Below, piece after piece: positions 38,933 to 52,731 of a stretch of DNA of 64,000 nucleotides; position 1 is the stretch's first letter; every line of letters starts with the position of its first letter. The translations under genes were made by a program, and so were the position numbers. The notes under the pieces are model-generated. The model had not been told where the DNA came from, did no database searches, and saw only the letters and a list, made by a program, of their open reading frames with translations. Source of the DNA: Eledone cirrhosa (lineage: Eukaryota); the NCBI GenBank assembly GCA_964016885.1, contig OZ024741.1, positions 165,788,001 through 165,852,000 on the forward strand, read 5' to 3'.

Positions 38933-39609
38933 AAAGCAGTTTCACTTCAAACAGCTTTTCATCTGAGATAGCATCAGTTTTTAGTGTTTCATGAGATTTG
39001 GGGTGTCAGTCAAGCTAAATTTAGAAACCAAAGTCCTAGACTTACTAACTTTGAAAGGTATTTTTATATTTCAGACATACAGAGGCACTCAACAGAAAAA
39101 ACAAATATCAGACGATTATAGTGAAAAAAAACCGTCAAATGTCTGGCACTAAATATATTCTTGACATGAAGAGAGAAGGCAGCAGCTCACAGAATGACAG
39201 AGGTAGCAGAAAGAGCCTCTTGTAGGTTATGGAGTAGGAGAGAGCAGATAAGATGGAAACCACGTAGAAGAGATAGGTAGTGATTTGGCCACTATTGTAG
39301 ACTAATTAACAGAAGGGTGTTAGGGTTCAATGTGAAGACACAAAATAAACATTGGACACAGTCAAATGACATCAACTCCTCTTGCCCACAGCTATATATT
39401 CACTGATGGTGAATGAATGCAAGGTATATTCTTTAAAATGTAACAATACATACTTTTCCATTTCATAATTTAACCCTTTAGCATTTAAACCAGCCATATC
39501 CAGCCAGAATTCTCTCACCTCTTTCTATTCAAACCAGCTGTAACTGGTCACTCATACTGTCATTACAGTATTGTCCATAAAATAAATAAATATCAAAATC
39601 TCATAGATT

Positions 39610-39892
39610 ATCTGTCTGTGTGTGTGTGAGTTTGAATCCCTAAAACTCGAGAACCACCCAACTGACTGTTTTCAAACTTTACACATGTAATACTTATGCT
39701 TCAGGGAATGTTCTGTGGAAAAAAAATTTCAAATTTTCTATGCTCTAGGGATGGCATGAGGCGATTTAGCGATCTCTCTCTATAATTCTTAGTCTTTCTC
39801 TTTTTAGATAGATACATACATATAACGTTGCGCCCTTATACTGTCTGTATGTCTGACTGTCTGCATTATGTCACTTCCCTGAGGATGTCTGT

Positions 39893-39945
<53 letters not shown>

Positions 39946-40555
39946 TGTGTGTGTGTCTGTGAGTTTCAATCCCTAAAACTCGAGAAGTACCCAACCGACT
40001 TTTTTTAAACTTTACATGTGTATTACTTATATTTCAAGGAGTGTTATGCACATTAAAAAATTCAACTTTTTGATCCCCATTAGTTGAAAAACTGCGTTTT
40101 TTCGGGTTTTTAAGGGTTTTTTGAGTCATTACGTCAGACTGATTTCCTTGAAATTGTAACTATGTATTACTCAGTCTCTTCTTCATACCGTGAGCAAACA
40201 AAATCCGACTTTTTTATGGCCTAGGGCCCACATTAGGTGAAAAACCTCATTTTTTCAGCTTTTTAAGGCTTTTTTGAGGCGTTACATCTAGCCGATTTTT
40301 CCCGAAATTTCAAGGCATATTATGCACATAAAAAAAAATTCATTTTCTTGATCTCCTAGGGCCCGCATTAGGTGAAAACCTGCATTTTTCCTTCTTCATC
40401 AAGGAAAATCTTAAAGATTATCCAGCCATCAGAGTATTCGGTTTATTTTCTTTACATATTGTCCAGGCATGCAGTTTTTCCACGATTAGGTCTGTTGGCA
40501 GTCCGCGTTCCAAAATACCTTATCCCGTGCGTGCAACGCCGGGTACCACTGCTAG
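39610..40555 (+). mobile_element. Helitron-like element nested inside a MITE C (39469-39609 and 40556-40625)
   Basis: Duplicated 5' module; 3' CCCGTG..CAACGCCGGG plus CTAG|T; MITE sequence continues after it. Confidence 0.75.
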
Positions 40556-40852
40556 TGAGAGATAAATCCTTTACCATGAAAATATAATAGTATATACACA
40601 GTAATGTAAATGTTAAAATGTTAAAATGTAACTATCCTTACTTTTCCATTTCATAGTTTAATTCTTTTGTAACTATATTTCTTAAGAGTAAACAAGTATT
40701 ATAAGAGGTTTAGTGAAGCAACTAATTTAATAATAAAAGACAGATAGTAATCTACTGAAATCTAATATTATCTAGCACCTAATAATATCAGTCTAAGGTT
40801 TAAATTTAGATTTGAACATTTTAATAGAAACTGTATGTGTGTGTGTGTGTGT

Positions 40853-40887
<35 letters not shown>

Positions 40888-40997
40888 GAGAGAGAGAGAG
40901 AGAGAAGTAGAATTAACATAATCTAATCAACCCTATGGCATTCAAGGACTGTCAGCAGCTGGTGTTAGCAAAGACACTCTTGGTACTGTTACTAATG

Positions 40998-41223
40998 AAC
41001 CCTTTCATTACCATATTTCTAATTAAAGACACGACCTGTGATTTCCAAATAATTTTGAAAGTACTCGAAAATTTAGAGCGATACAGTAATTAACTTTATC
41101 ATTATTAAGATAGTGTTTCAAGCAGAACTTAAAGGTTCTTACATAAAATAAATATTTCAAATAAACAGTCTTGTATCATAGAACCAGGAGTGAGTTCAGG
41201 GGGGTTGGTCTCAAAAGGGTTAA
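40998..41223. mobile_element. MITE family D
   Basis: AACCCTTT...AAAGGGTTAA termini; body shared with 49696-50095 and 50712-51146. Confidence 0.65.
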
Positions 41224-41519
41224 CACGCATGATAAGAAGAAATATCGCTCCCATTTTTATCTGTGCCTGGGGTGACAGACAGCCTTCTATTTGTACCCCA
41301 CTTACTATGAAATCAACCTAAGAAATTCAAAAGTTATAAAAAGGTATAAAACTCTTTTACTGTATCAATAACCAAGTATTTTTCCCTTGTGCTGCCACAC
41401 CTAAATTATGAAATTCTAGCATGGAAAAATGATAAAAAACTGATAGTAACCTACACTGAAAAACTCAAGAAAATAGCTATAAGGACGACACATATAGCAA
41501 ACAACAGCAATTATATCTA

Positions 41520-43115
41520 TGTTAAGCACAAAGCGAGCAATTTGTGGGCAGAGGAAGTTGATAATATTAACTCCAGTACTATACTGATACTTTATTTTAT
41601 CAACCCCAAAGTTGACCTTGGTGGAATTAATAACAATAATAATTGTTTCTACTTTTGGCACAAGGCCAGCAATTAACCAGTGCATTACTGGTACTTTATT
41701 TTATCGACCCCCTAAGGATGAAAGGCAAAGTTAACCTTGGCGGGATTTGAACTCAGAATGGAAAGGGCCGTAACTCTATGCGTCAAAGCATGGCGTCCGA
41801 CTCTCTAGCGATACTGCCAATCCACCACCAGAAACCATTAATAACAATAACAATGGTTTCTTTATTGGCCACAAGGGCTAACATGAAGAAAAACAGACGG
41901 CACAGAACGGTACAGGACGATACAAAGTGGGTTTTGCCCATGTAAAAAGGTTATAACAAGAAGATAGAAATGTGTAAAAACAAATCAAAAGAATTCAAAC
42001 AATAATAATTGTTTCTACTTTAGGCACAAGGCCAGGAATTATCCCAGTGCATTACTGGTACTTTATTTTATCGACCCCGTAAGGATGAAAGGCAAAGTCA
42101 ACCTCGGCGGGATTTGAACTCAGATCGTAAAGGGACGTAACTATGCTGGAAAGCATGGCGTCCGACCCTCTACCAATACTGCCAATCCACCGCCCTCATT
42201 CAAACAATAATAATGATTTCTGATTTAGTCACAAGGCCAAGACGATTAAATCGACCCCAGTGCATTACTGGTGCTTTATTTTATTGACCCCCGTAAGGAT
42301 AAAAGTCAAAGCTAACCTCGACAAGATTTGAACTCAGATTGTAAAGGGCCGTAACTAGGCTATAAAGTATGTTGTCTGACACGCCACCAATACTGCCAAT
42401 CTACCAATGATGATGATTTCTATATTAGGCACAATGCCAATAATTTGACAATGAATGGAAAGCCATTTAACCCTTTAGCATTTAAACTGGCCATATCCGG
42501 CCAGAATTCTTTCATCTCTTTCTGTTCAAACCGGCTGTAACCAGCCCCTCATACTGATGTTAAGGTATTGTTCTGAAAATAAATAACATCAAAATCTCAT
42601 AGACTCGATATTATCTGAGATAATTATGTAAGATAAAGCTTTTAGCATGGGAATACAATAGTAAATATAGAGTAATGTAAATGTTAAAGGGTTAAATTGA
42701 CCCTAGTATTTGACTGGTATTTTATTTTATCAACCCCAGAAGGATGAAAGGCAAAGCTGACCTTGGCAAAATTAATACTAAGAATAATAATTGTTTCTAC
42801 TTTTGGCACAAAGCTAGCAATTATCCCAGTGCATAACTGGTACTTTATTTTATCGACCCCGTAAGGATGAAAGGCAAAGTTAACCTCGGTGGAACTTGAA
42901 CTCAGATCATAAAGGGCTGTAACTCTATGCTGCAAAGCATGCCGTCCGACCTTCTACCGATACTAATGATGATGATTTCTACATGAGGCACAAGGCCAAT
43001 AATTTGATGACGAGTGGAAAGCCATTTAAATCGACCCTTGTACTTGACTAGTACAACCCCAGAAGAATGAAGGGCAAAGTTGACCTTGGTGGGATTTGAA
43101 CACAGAATACAAAAA
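41520..43115 (-). mobile_element. Cluster of SINE A copies (41640-41830, 42005-42195, 42210-42405, 42785-42965) with MITE C at 42467-42695
   Basis: Repeated reverse-complement heads, cores and tails; TTAA duplicated around the MITE. Confidence 0.82.
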
Positions 43116-43424
43116 TGCTGCAAACCATAACAATAGTAGTAGTAGCAGCAATAGTAGTAGTAGTTACACTAAATAATAAAATATATCTGGCACTCTGGCT
43201 CTAATAGATTATTTTAAGACCAACACCAGTGCTATTTTATCTATATTTGACTTCACAGATAATAAATTACCAAAATGTTTTGATAAAATGTTTGGCAAGG
43301 ATAATTTAATTATAGACCACCACATTTTCCTCACACACACTCCACCATCATACATAAACAGCTTCATATATTTGCTGTCTCAAGAAAATTTCCCAAAGCC
43401 AACTTTTTTGTAAGGTAATAATTA

Positions 43425-44135
43425 TCTGATGGTTAGTAAGTAATCATCATTATGAATTTTTAAATGAGACTCAGAGTGATGGTTTAATTAAATGATGGTT
43501 TGTAAATGACATTTTAAACGGGACTCAGAGTGATTATTTAATTAAATGTTTAGTAGATGACATTTAAATGGGTCTCAGAGCAATTATTTAATCACACAAT
43601 AACTAATAGATCGTTTTTAAATGGGACTGTGGGATGATTTAATTAAATGATGGTTAGTGATGATATTTTAAATGAGACTCATTAAGATAATTTGATTAAA
43701 TGATGGTTAGTAGATAACATTTTAAATGGGTCTCAGAGGGATAGTTTAATTAAATGATGGTTAGTAGATAACAATGGGTCTCAGAGGGATGATTTAATTA
43801 CACAATAGTTAGTAAATCATTTTTAAATGGGACTGTGGTATGATTTAATTAAATGATGGTTAGTAGATAACATTTTAAATAAGTCTTAGGGAGATGATTT
43901 AATTAAATGATGGTTAGTGATGACATTTTAAATAGGTCTGAGAGGAGGGATGATTTAATTAAATAATGGTTAGTAGATCACATTTTAAATGGGTCTCTGA
44001 GGGATGATTTAATTAAATGATGATTTGTAGATGACATTTTAAATGGGTCTCTGAGGGATGATTTAATTAAATGATGGTTAGTAAATCACTTTTTAATGGG
44101 ATTGTGAAAGATGATTTGATTAAATGATGGTTAGC
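43425..44135. repeat. Degenerate tandem repeat of about 54 bp, about 13 copies
   Basis: GATGATTTAATTAAATGATGGTTAGTAGATGACATTTTAAATGGGTCTC.GAGG. Confidence 0.88.
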
Positions 44136-44349
44136 AAGTAGGATTGAATTTGAAACCACATAGATGTGAAGCAAACTCCATAACCACACAACTATACCTG
44201 TGCCTATATGTATAATTCATAATTATGTAAGTATATATTTATAAGTGGCTTTATATCTGAAGAATGTCTTACACCTTTGTAATGCTGAAAGATATTTCCA
44301 TGTTTCTAACTATCAACATATACATCAGCATACTACTCATAATACTAGA

Positions 44350-44565
44350 GGTGTAGGTGTCACGACAAAAAGCACCCAGTACTCACTGTAAATGAGGTTG
44401 GCATTAGAAAGGGCATCCAGCTGTAGAAACCAAGCCCAAATCAGTTCTCTATGAGGTAGACATGGTCACTTGACCTAGCATTGCCCACAACAGGACAACT
44501 CATCTAACCCATGCTAGCATGGAAAAATGGATGTAAAACAGTGATGATGATGATGATGATGATGT
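44350..44565 (+). mobile_element. RTE-type 3' tail fragment
   Basis: Similar to 30667-30900 (-); ends in (GAT)n. Confidence 0.7.
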
Positions 44566-45309
44566 TGACACATACATGTTTATTCGCTATTGTTGTTTTA
44601 AGCCCTGATCATCACAGCTAGCTCAGTAACCATGAGAGAACACCAAACACTAGTAGGATTATTTTCCATCATCACTGACATTTACTTACTCAGTACTGAG
44701 ATTAAAATAAGCTATAGCTTTTGCATGTAAAACATCTGCTGGAGAAGTTCATTTGCATATAATGCATGCTTGACATGGCTGGGGCTGACAGTAGCACTAG
44801 CATAGGGGGACTCAAAATAGAGGTGCATATGGAGGCGTAATACTGTATGTCTATGTATAAAAAACAAAGTCTGCCTATCACTGTTAGCAATCTAAGTAGC
44901 AGTGTATATGCCTTCATATATGCTTCTACTTGAATGACGCTATGTTAGTACTAATGCTGCTACTACTACTACTACCACCAATTACTCAGGAATATATCAG
45001 TAAAATCAAATAAATCAAAGTGCAGCAGCATTATTTTGCCAGGGTTCAAACATAAGTAGGTCTTCTTCAATAGTCATTAGAAATGTAGAAAACAATCAGA
45101 AAGTAAATATATTGAAGCTTGCAGCCTTTAGCAAACTTATTATGTATAATCAAATTATCTCTCTCACATATTGTCAGTGAGTGAACCATTATGATTCCTA
45201 GTATCAATAACCCTTTCGTGAGAATATTTCTTATGACATGTGCTGTATTTCAATTTATTGATGAAGGGATTTACTAAAATGAATACTTATTTTCATTATT
45301 AAGCTAGTA

Positions 45310-45490
45310 TAGGGTGGTAGAGCGTCGGATGCCATGTTTTCCAGCATAGAGTTACGTCCCTTTACGGACTGAATTCAAATGCCGTCGAGGTTAACTTTGC
45401 ATTTCATCCTTACATGGTCGATAAAATAAAGTACCAGTAATGTACTGGGTAATTGCTGGCCTTGTGCCAAAAGTAGAAACAATTATTAAG
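45310..45490 (+). mobile_element. SINE family A with target-site duplication
   Basis: ATTATTAAGCTAGTATA occurs on both sides. Confidence 0.85.
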
Positions 45491-45974
45491 CTAGTATAAG
45501 GTGAAAGATTTATTTGCACGATTGGCAGTATCGATAGACTTTCAGACAACATACTTTGCAGCATAGAGTAAATTGTCCCTAACCCTCCTCGTTTATTAAG
45601 TTTTCAGATTTTTTCCAACCTCACCACTTTTATTCCAAACCCAAACTTAGTAAATTTTGCTAATCTATCTCCAGCCAAATTTTATTGTAAGTGATTAATA
45701 TTGATACAGCAGCTGGAGAATCTAATAATAATTTTATTTTACATTAAAAAAAATATTATACATGACAAACAGAACATTACAAGACAAGAAATCCCATATT
45801 TATGAACGTACACTATACAATTACCGATCCAGCCCCCCCCCCCCCCCCTGTTTATAATAATTTAAGCAAATACCAACCTTCCTCTTCCTATTATTTGGGA
45901 CCGAAGAATAGCTGAACAGTTGACTTGTTAAATTAACATATACATGGCTAAATATTCTACAGATATGAATAACC

Positions 45975-46187
45975 TTAACCTTTAAGCATTTAAACTGGCA
46001 GTATGACCAGAATTCTCTCACCTCTTTCTGTTCAAACTGGCTGTAACTGGCCACTCAGACTGATGTTATGGTATTGTTCTCAAAATAAATAATAGCAAAA
46101 TCTCATAGATTCGATATTATGTGAGATAAAGCCTTTACCACTAAAATACGATAGTAAATATAGTGTAATGTAAATACTAAAGGGTTA
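45975..46187. mobile_element. MITE family C
   Basis: TIRs and body. Confidence 0.8.
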
Positions 46188-46749
46188 ATGTAATTCCTTA
46201 GCCAAATCTGTGTCACAATTCATGACAAGGCTATCCCTTTGAATCATGCAGATTCAGTTCATCTGATGGGCCACAAAACAGTTTCCCCTCAACTTAATTT
46301 CATTCACAAGATTTGTATGGTAAAAGACATTTGATTAAGATGTCATGCAGTAAGTAACCTAGAACGTCATGACTGTGAAGCAAATTTCTAACCCATTCAG
46401 CTAAGTTGCATCACAAATGTAAAAAATAATGGCAACAATTATTCCTAACATAGGTACAATGACAGTAATTCTAGGGGGAGAGGAAAGTTGATCAAATTAT
46501 CGCCAGTACTTAACTGGTATTTTATTTTATTAAACTTGGAAGGATGAAAGGCAAAGTTGACCTCGGCTGGATTTGAACCCAGAATGTAAAGAGCCAGAAT
46601 AAATACTGCATGACATTTTGTTTAATCAACCCCAGTATTTGACTGCTACCTTATTTATTCGGCCCCCAGAGGAAAAGTTGATTGCAGCAGGTTTTTAACT
46701 CAGGATGTAAAAATACTGGAACAAATACTGCAGTATTTGTTTTTTACCC

Positions 46750-46803
<54 letters not shown>

Positions 46804-48094
46804 AACAACAACAATAACATATTAATGAAGACTTTAGTGTTTTTCCAATAGTTTTTCCAAGCAATAAGCAATGATTGACTTTATGTAAAACGTAGAAATA
46901 TAGATGAATTATTATTTATGTTAATGGAATAAATTTTGTGATTGTTAGCTGTCTTTTGTGTTATTGAAGCAGAAATGTTTGAAATAGTTGGAGCTTTCCT
47001 TCATATGATGGAAATGAAAATAATACACCATTATGTGATAAGGTTTCCATTACGGACAATTGATGGGAAATAATAAAAAATAAAGGAAAGACTTCAAACA
47101 GCAGTGGGAATTCAATCAGTATGGACAGGCATGACTATTTTGTTAAGATGATTGCTTCATAACCTCATAGTTTGAGGTTCAAACCCACTATGTGACACTT
47201 GGGCAAGAGTTTTCTATAAGTTAGGGTTGACTAATACACTTGAAGTGGAGAGAGGCCAGAGGTTACAGCTTTTGGTGATTGAACAGAGACGATATGGGAT
47301 CTGAGTGGATTTTACAATCTGGACAATCATGTATATGACAACCTCTCTAGCACTTGTGACATGATAAAATGTACCCAGTTCACCCTGTAATGTAGTAGTG
47401 TTGATGCAACAATAAAGTACATCAAGTACAGTCTGTAAAGTAGTAGTGCTGGTGCCATGATAAAGTGCACCAAGTGCACTCTGTAAAGTGATTGTGTTGG
47501 TTCCCAAGAGAAAATGTTAAGAAGGGCATCCAGTCTTAGGAACTATGCCAGATATAAAATGTATGAGTGAGATGAGGTCGCTCCAACCTGTTTAGTCACA
47601 GATTGTGACAACCGATCCAACCCATGACACCATGAAAAGCAAATGCAAAATAATTTTGATGATGATGATGAAATTGTGCAAAAACTCATCATCGTTCTAT
47701 ATCTGTTTTCCACTCTAGTATGATTCAAAGCTATTGCTCTCCGAAATGACCAGGATAAATCTCATTCATACATTTCAATTTTTGGCATGGTTTCATAACA
47801 CCAACAGAGTGTACTGGATGCATTTTATTATGTCACCAATACTAAAGAGGTAACCATGTCCTCTACAAAACTTTACATGGTTTCCATTTAACCTGATCTC
47901 TTTACACCAGACTGCTCTCTCTTAACATGTATAAAAAAATTTAAAAAAACGAGTTAAAGACTCGTGTTAATCCCCTGCAATTTAATGAGCTCAAAGAATA
48001 GAATCCAGGCTCTTTAAAATACAGTATATAGAGAAAGATTCACAAAGAGGTATGTGTTCAATTACAGGGGATACGTGAAGATTTTGTCGGTTAG

Positions 48095-48700
48095 AAGTGA
48101 CCAAATCAACAACAAGATGTCAAATCCTATGTAGGTATGGCGGAGTGCCAGTTTAAAGAACACTTCCTGAATCATCTGTTGACATTCAGACACCCGGACA
48201 CACGATCGTCCAGGAAGCTCGCAAACCACATATGGTCCCTCAAAAATGTAGGCATGGATTACTCCATTCAATGGAAAGTTATAACTAAGTCTAAGCCATA
48301 CAGAAATGGGAATCAGTCTTGTGGGCTGTGCATTGAAGAAAGGACAATATCCTGAAGAGTTGGCATAATAGCGCTTGTCTAAATACAAGAAATAAGTTCT
48401 ACTCACGCTGTCCACACATTTCAAAACAATTATTACGTAATTTTAAAGCCCCATACTGACTACCGGACATAACCACTAGACTGGATAACATGAATAATCT
48501 ATTATATTCTGAGTTTTCTCAGTCGTCTTCCCCAACACCGATCTAACATGAATTACCTCCTCTTTGGTAAGAACTTCTTCTGCACAGGAATATTCGTATA
48601 ATTGTTTTTCCTTTTCCGTATAATCTCATTTAAACCAAAGTGATGATCTGACTAAAGTGAAACAATTGTTCTCAGTAATGGGCAATTAACTGTTGTGGAA
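48095..48700 (+). mobile_element. Second Neptune-like PLE 3' fragment (GIY-YIG remnant) with a degenerate hammerhead at about 48635-48680
   Basis: KSYVGMAECQFKEHFLNH..TFRH..LANHIWSLK..YSIQWKVI..PY..CGLCIEER; downstream TGATGA..GAAA-CAATTG-T. Confidence 0.8.
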
Positions 48701-48732
48701 CTACTTCTCTCTCTCTCTCATATATATATATA

Positions 48733-48945
48733 ATGTGGCCGTGTAGGCAACACGGTAAAAACCTCCCAGCCCCACACTGTAAATGTGGTTGGTGTTAGGA
48801 AGGGCATCCAGCTGTAGAAAACCCGCCAGACAGTCCTATGCGAGCAAGACAATCACTCTTGCCTCAAGTGGGAAAACTCCCGTCCAAACCCATGCAAGCG
48901 TGGAACATGGACGTTAAACGATGATGATGATGATGATGATGATAT
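48733..48945 (+). mobile_element. RTE 3' tail fragment
   Basis: Matches 12672-12882. Confidence 0.82.
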
Positions 48946-49109
48946 ATATATCAACATTTAACAATCAGAAAGGAGGTAGGCGTAAAAGCCAGACTCGCTA
49001 CCTTCAATTCGGTATTCGTGCCAACCCTTACCTATGGTTATGAATCTTGGGTATTGACCAAAAGAACATGATCGGGAATACAAGGGGCCAAAAGGTGGTG
49101 GGGGGGGGG

Positions 49110-49345
49110 GTCCTCCAAAGGATCTTTGGAGTAACGTTACTTGATAGAGAACATAGCTCGGAGATCAGAGAGTCACTCTAGGTAGAGCTGTTACTTCTCC
49201 GAATTGAGTGACTACAGCTCCAATATAATAGGTATGTGGTTAGAATGTCTCAAGAAAGAATCACTGGATAGATTTTACAGGCAAAAGCAACAGGCAAGAG
49301 ACCCAGGGGTAAGACCCCAAGCAAAATGGTTGGATAACATCTATG
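49110..49345 (+). pseudogene. Decayed C-terminal fragment of another RTE-type ORF
   Basis: LQRIFGVTLLDR..SSEIRE....VVRM..ERI..IL....GKRPRG, with stops. Confidence 0.65.
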
Positions 49346-49463
49346 AGCTTGGCTGGTCTCACTTGGGGATGTAAAGATTTATCAACTAATCTAACCTAAA
49401 AAGACACTGAAAAGATACAATTTCATATCAATTGTAATAGTTCTTAGTCAACTGTCAGTAATA

Positions 49464-49636
49464 TTACCATATTTCCCGGCACCAAAGATGCTTCGTCCTT
49501 GAAGACGTATACTAATTTTGACAACCAAAAATTTGAAAAAAAATAATAAACAACCTTCAGCCTCCAGGACGCATGGTAAATTTTTGGGACTTATTTTAGA
49601 AAAAAAGTAGTGCCTTCGACGCCAAGAAATACGGTG
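49464..49636. mobile_element. Tc1/mariner (pogo/Tigger-like) MITE
   Basis: TACCATATTTC...GAAATACGGT imperfect TIRs. Confidence 0.65.
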
Positions 49637-50318
49637 ATCCTCACATTGTTCTGAATAACAATAATATTAATTTAGCTTTATTAATGTTAACAAATTAACC
49701 CTTTTGATACAACACTGCCTAAAACAACCCCTGGTTCTGTAATACAAAACTGTTTATTTTAAGTATTTATTTTTATCTAAAAACTTCCATCCTAATTTTA
49801 CATAAGAATCTTTTCTAAGTTATGCTCCAAACACTGACTTAACTCTTGATAACAAACTGCTTCAAACCCCTCCTGGTTCTACTTTTATATTTATCTAAAA
49901 ACTTTCCATAATAATTTTATGTAAGAAACTTTAAGATATACTCTAAACACCAGCTTAACAATGAGAAAGTTAGTTGTATTACTAAATCTTTCCAAATTCT
50001 TGATTATTTTCAAATTTATTTGAAAATCATAGGTGGTCTCTTTGAAAATTATAGTGTTTTTCATTATAAATATGGTTTTAAAAAAAAAATGTTTAAACAG
50101 AATTGTAGTTACTGAGATGTGAAGAAATCAATGTTAACTGAAGAATTTATACAGCATAATAACCTCGAGGGTGATGAGATCATTCCAGCAAATTACTAAT
50201 ATTTCACCTTTTTATAAATTATAGCTTTATTTTGTAACTATTGATAGTATTATGTTGTTGCTGCTGCTGTTCTTATTGTTGCTGTTGTATGTGATGTCAT
50301 TACTGTTGGTGTTATTGA

Positions 50319-50545
50319 GGGTGGTGGATTGGCAGTATCGGTGAAGCGCCAGACACCATGCTTTGCAGCATAGAGTTATGGCCCTTTACATTCTGAGTTC
50401 AAATCCCGGCGATGTTAGCTTTCCCTTTCATCCTTTTAGGGTCAATAAAATAAAGTACCAGTAATACACTGAGGGCAATATAATCCAATTTCCCCTACCC
50501 CCAAATTCCTGGCCTCGTACCTATAGTAGAATTCATTATTGTTGC
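50319..50545 (+). mobile_element. SINE family A
   Basis: Full copy. Confidence 0.8.
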
Positions 50546-50711
50546 TGGTGCTGTTATTGTAGCTGTTGTTGTTTTCTCACTGACAACACGATATGCAATC
50601 AGAAAGTCATAGTCTCAGTGGGGTGTTGAAGGTGGAGTGACATATCCATTAAAACTAGATAAATGATTCACTACAACCTATTTCTATAATTGACACCTTT
50701 CATAGCATCTC

Positions 50712-51146
50712 TTTAACCCTATTGATACCAAACCACCTAAACCTACTCCTGGTTTTATGACAAAAATTTATTTTAACCCTTTAGCATTTACATTACTCTA
50801 TATTTACTATAGTATTTTCACATAAAATCGAATCTACGAGATTTTGATATTATTTATTTTGAGAACAATACTTTAACATCGGTATGAACAACCAGTTACA
50901 GTTCATTTGAACAGAAAGAGGAGAAAGAATTCTGGCCGGATATGGTCGGTTTAAATGCTAAAGGGTTAAAGTGTTTATATTTATCTAAAAGCCTTCAATT
51001 ATAATTTTATGTAAGAAACTTTAAGTTACATTCCAAACACCAGCTTAATGAGAAAGAAAGTTAGTTATCAAATTCTTAATTATTTTTTAAATGATTTGAA
51101 AATTATAGGCTGAGTCTTTCATTAGCAATATGGTAATGATAGAGTT
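50712..51146. mobile_element. MITE D with nested MITE C (50773-50969)
   Basis: Same nesting point as at 26351. Confidence 0.75.
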
Positions 51147-51360
51147 CTGCTAGCTTGTCTTATGAACAGAAATTCAACTAAGAAATAAGGTTAAAAAAAT
51201 ATAAATAAATAAATAAGAAGCTATATATATATATAATATTATATTTATAATAAACAGAAGATCCTGTTAAGGGTGAAAGCAGCGATTCTTTGCTTAAACT
51301 TTAATCTGTTATTTTATAAATATTTGCTCTATGGTTTATTTGATATATATTTGATATATC

Positions 51361-51706
51361 ATCATCATCATCATCATTTCATTTTACATCCGCTTTTTCC
51401 CTGCTTGCAAGGGTGGGATGGGAACTGATGCTGGCTTGATTTCTACAGCTGGATGCCCTTCCTAACACCAACCTCATTTACAGTGAGTGCTGGGTGCTTT
51501 TTTGCCGTGGCACCTCCACGACCACTTTACAGTGGAATGATAGGGACACCAGTCCCTATCATCTCATTTCTACAGCTGAGTAAACTGGAGCAATGTGAAA
51601 TAAAGTGCCTTGCTCAAGGAAACAACACATCACCCGGTCTGAGAATTGAACTCACAACCTTTCGATTGCAAGGCCAATGCTCTAACCACTAAGCCATGTG
51701 CCTCCA
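51361..51706 (-). mobile_element. SINE family B with RTE-type tail
   Basis: Near-identical reverse complement of 34200-34526. Confidence 0.88.
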
Positions 51707-52035
51707 TATATATATATTTATCCTTATCGAGCCCTCTTCGAATTTTAGTCTTCACATTTATTATTATTACTATATATATATATATATATATATATATCAG
51801 TACCATGTATGTATGTAAATCAAGGTCCTCTGACCTGATCTCTCATATAGGGACTGCCGGTCCTACCCATGCTAGTGTGGAAAATGGATGTTAAACAATG
51901 ATTTCCTTCGAATGAAATAGTTCTAGTCATGTAGAAGCTATTTCTATATTAAATTTTTGTATATACTCTACTAATTCATTGAGTAACTTAATTACTGTGG
52001 TTACCCTCGACTGAATCCGAGACTCATATATATAT

Positions 52036-52295
52036 ATGTATAAAATTCTTTGTCTGTTCCTCTGCATTCTCAAATGGCTCAACTAAAACAAATCGAATTT
52101 TACAAAGTAATAGTATTAGATCCCGTGACTGTCAACATGTAATTTTTATTTACATTGGATTAAATCAATATAACATTTTATCTAAAATAATATTTCTATA
52201 GTCAACTATAGTAAACCACAACGACGTCATATTTTGTATACGAGTGCGTGTGTGTTTGCACATTCGTTAGGTATGTTATTAAATACACACACACA

Positions 52296-52357
<62 letters not shown>

Positions 52358-52698
52358 GCGAATGACAAAAAAATGAAGTGAAAAGCTATGCGTGTGTCGG
52401 CATGAATGTATGTCTGTATGTGTCTGTCTTAGTATATGTATGTGAGAGTGTATGTGTGTGAGTGTGTAGCAATAATTTATTCATTTGGACACCAACAAAA
52501 AATTACACAATGAATATTTTTCAAGATTGACAAATTTCCATTTCTAAATTCTATTATCATTACAATTTTGATTTTTTTTTTTTAAATATAAATATTTTGA
52601 AATAATTATGAGAAAAAAAAAACATATCTTCATATTTATTCTTTACTAATCTGAATAAAAACAGCAGTAACCCAGGCAACGCCGAGTAATTCTGCTCG
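52036..52698 (+). mobile_element. Decayed Helitron-like element
   Basis: Ends CCCAGGCAACGCCGAG..CTCG|T. Confidence 0.5.
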
Positions 52699-52731
52699 TA
52701 TATATAAAAACAATCCTTCAGATCAAAATTA

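Noticed and set aside
38183-38971. His/Thr- or Cys/Val-rich ORFs
   Set aside because: CA-rich minisatellite open on both strands
39075-39225. Plus-strand exon after TTTTTATATTTCAG
   Set aside because: No recognisable peptide or convincing donor; such acceptors arise by chance in AT-rich DNA
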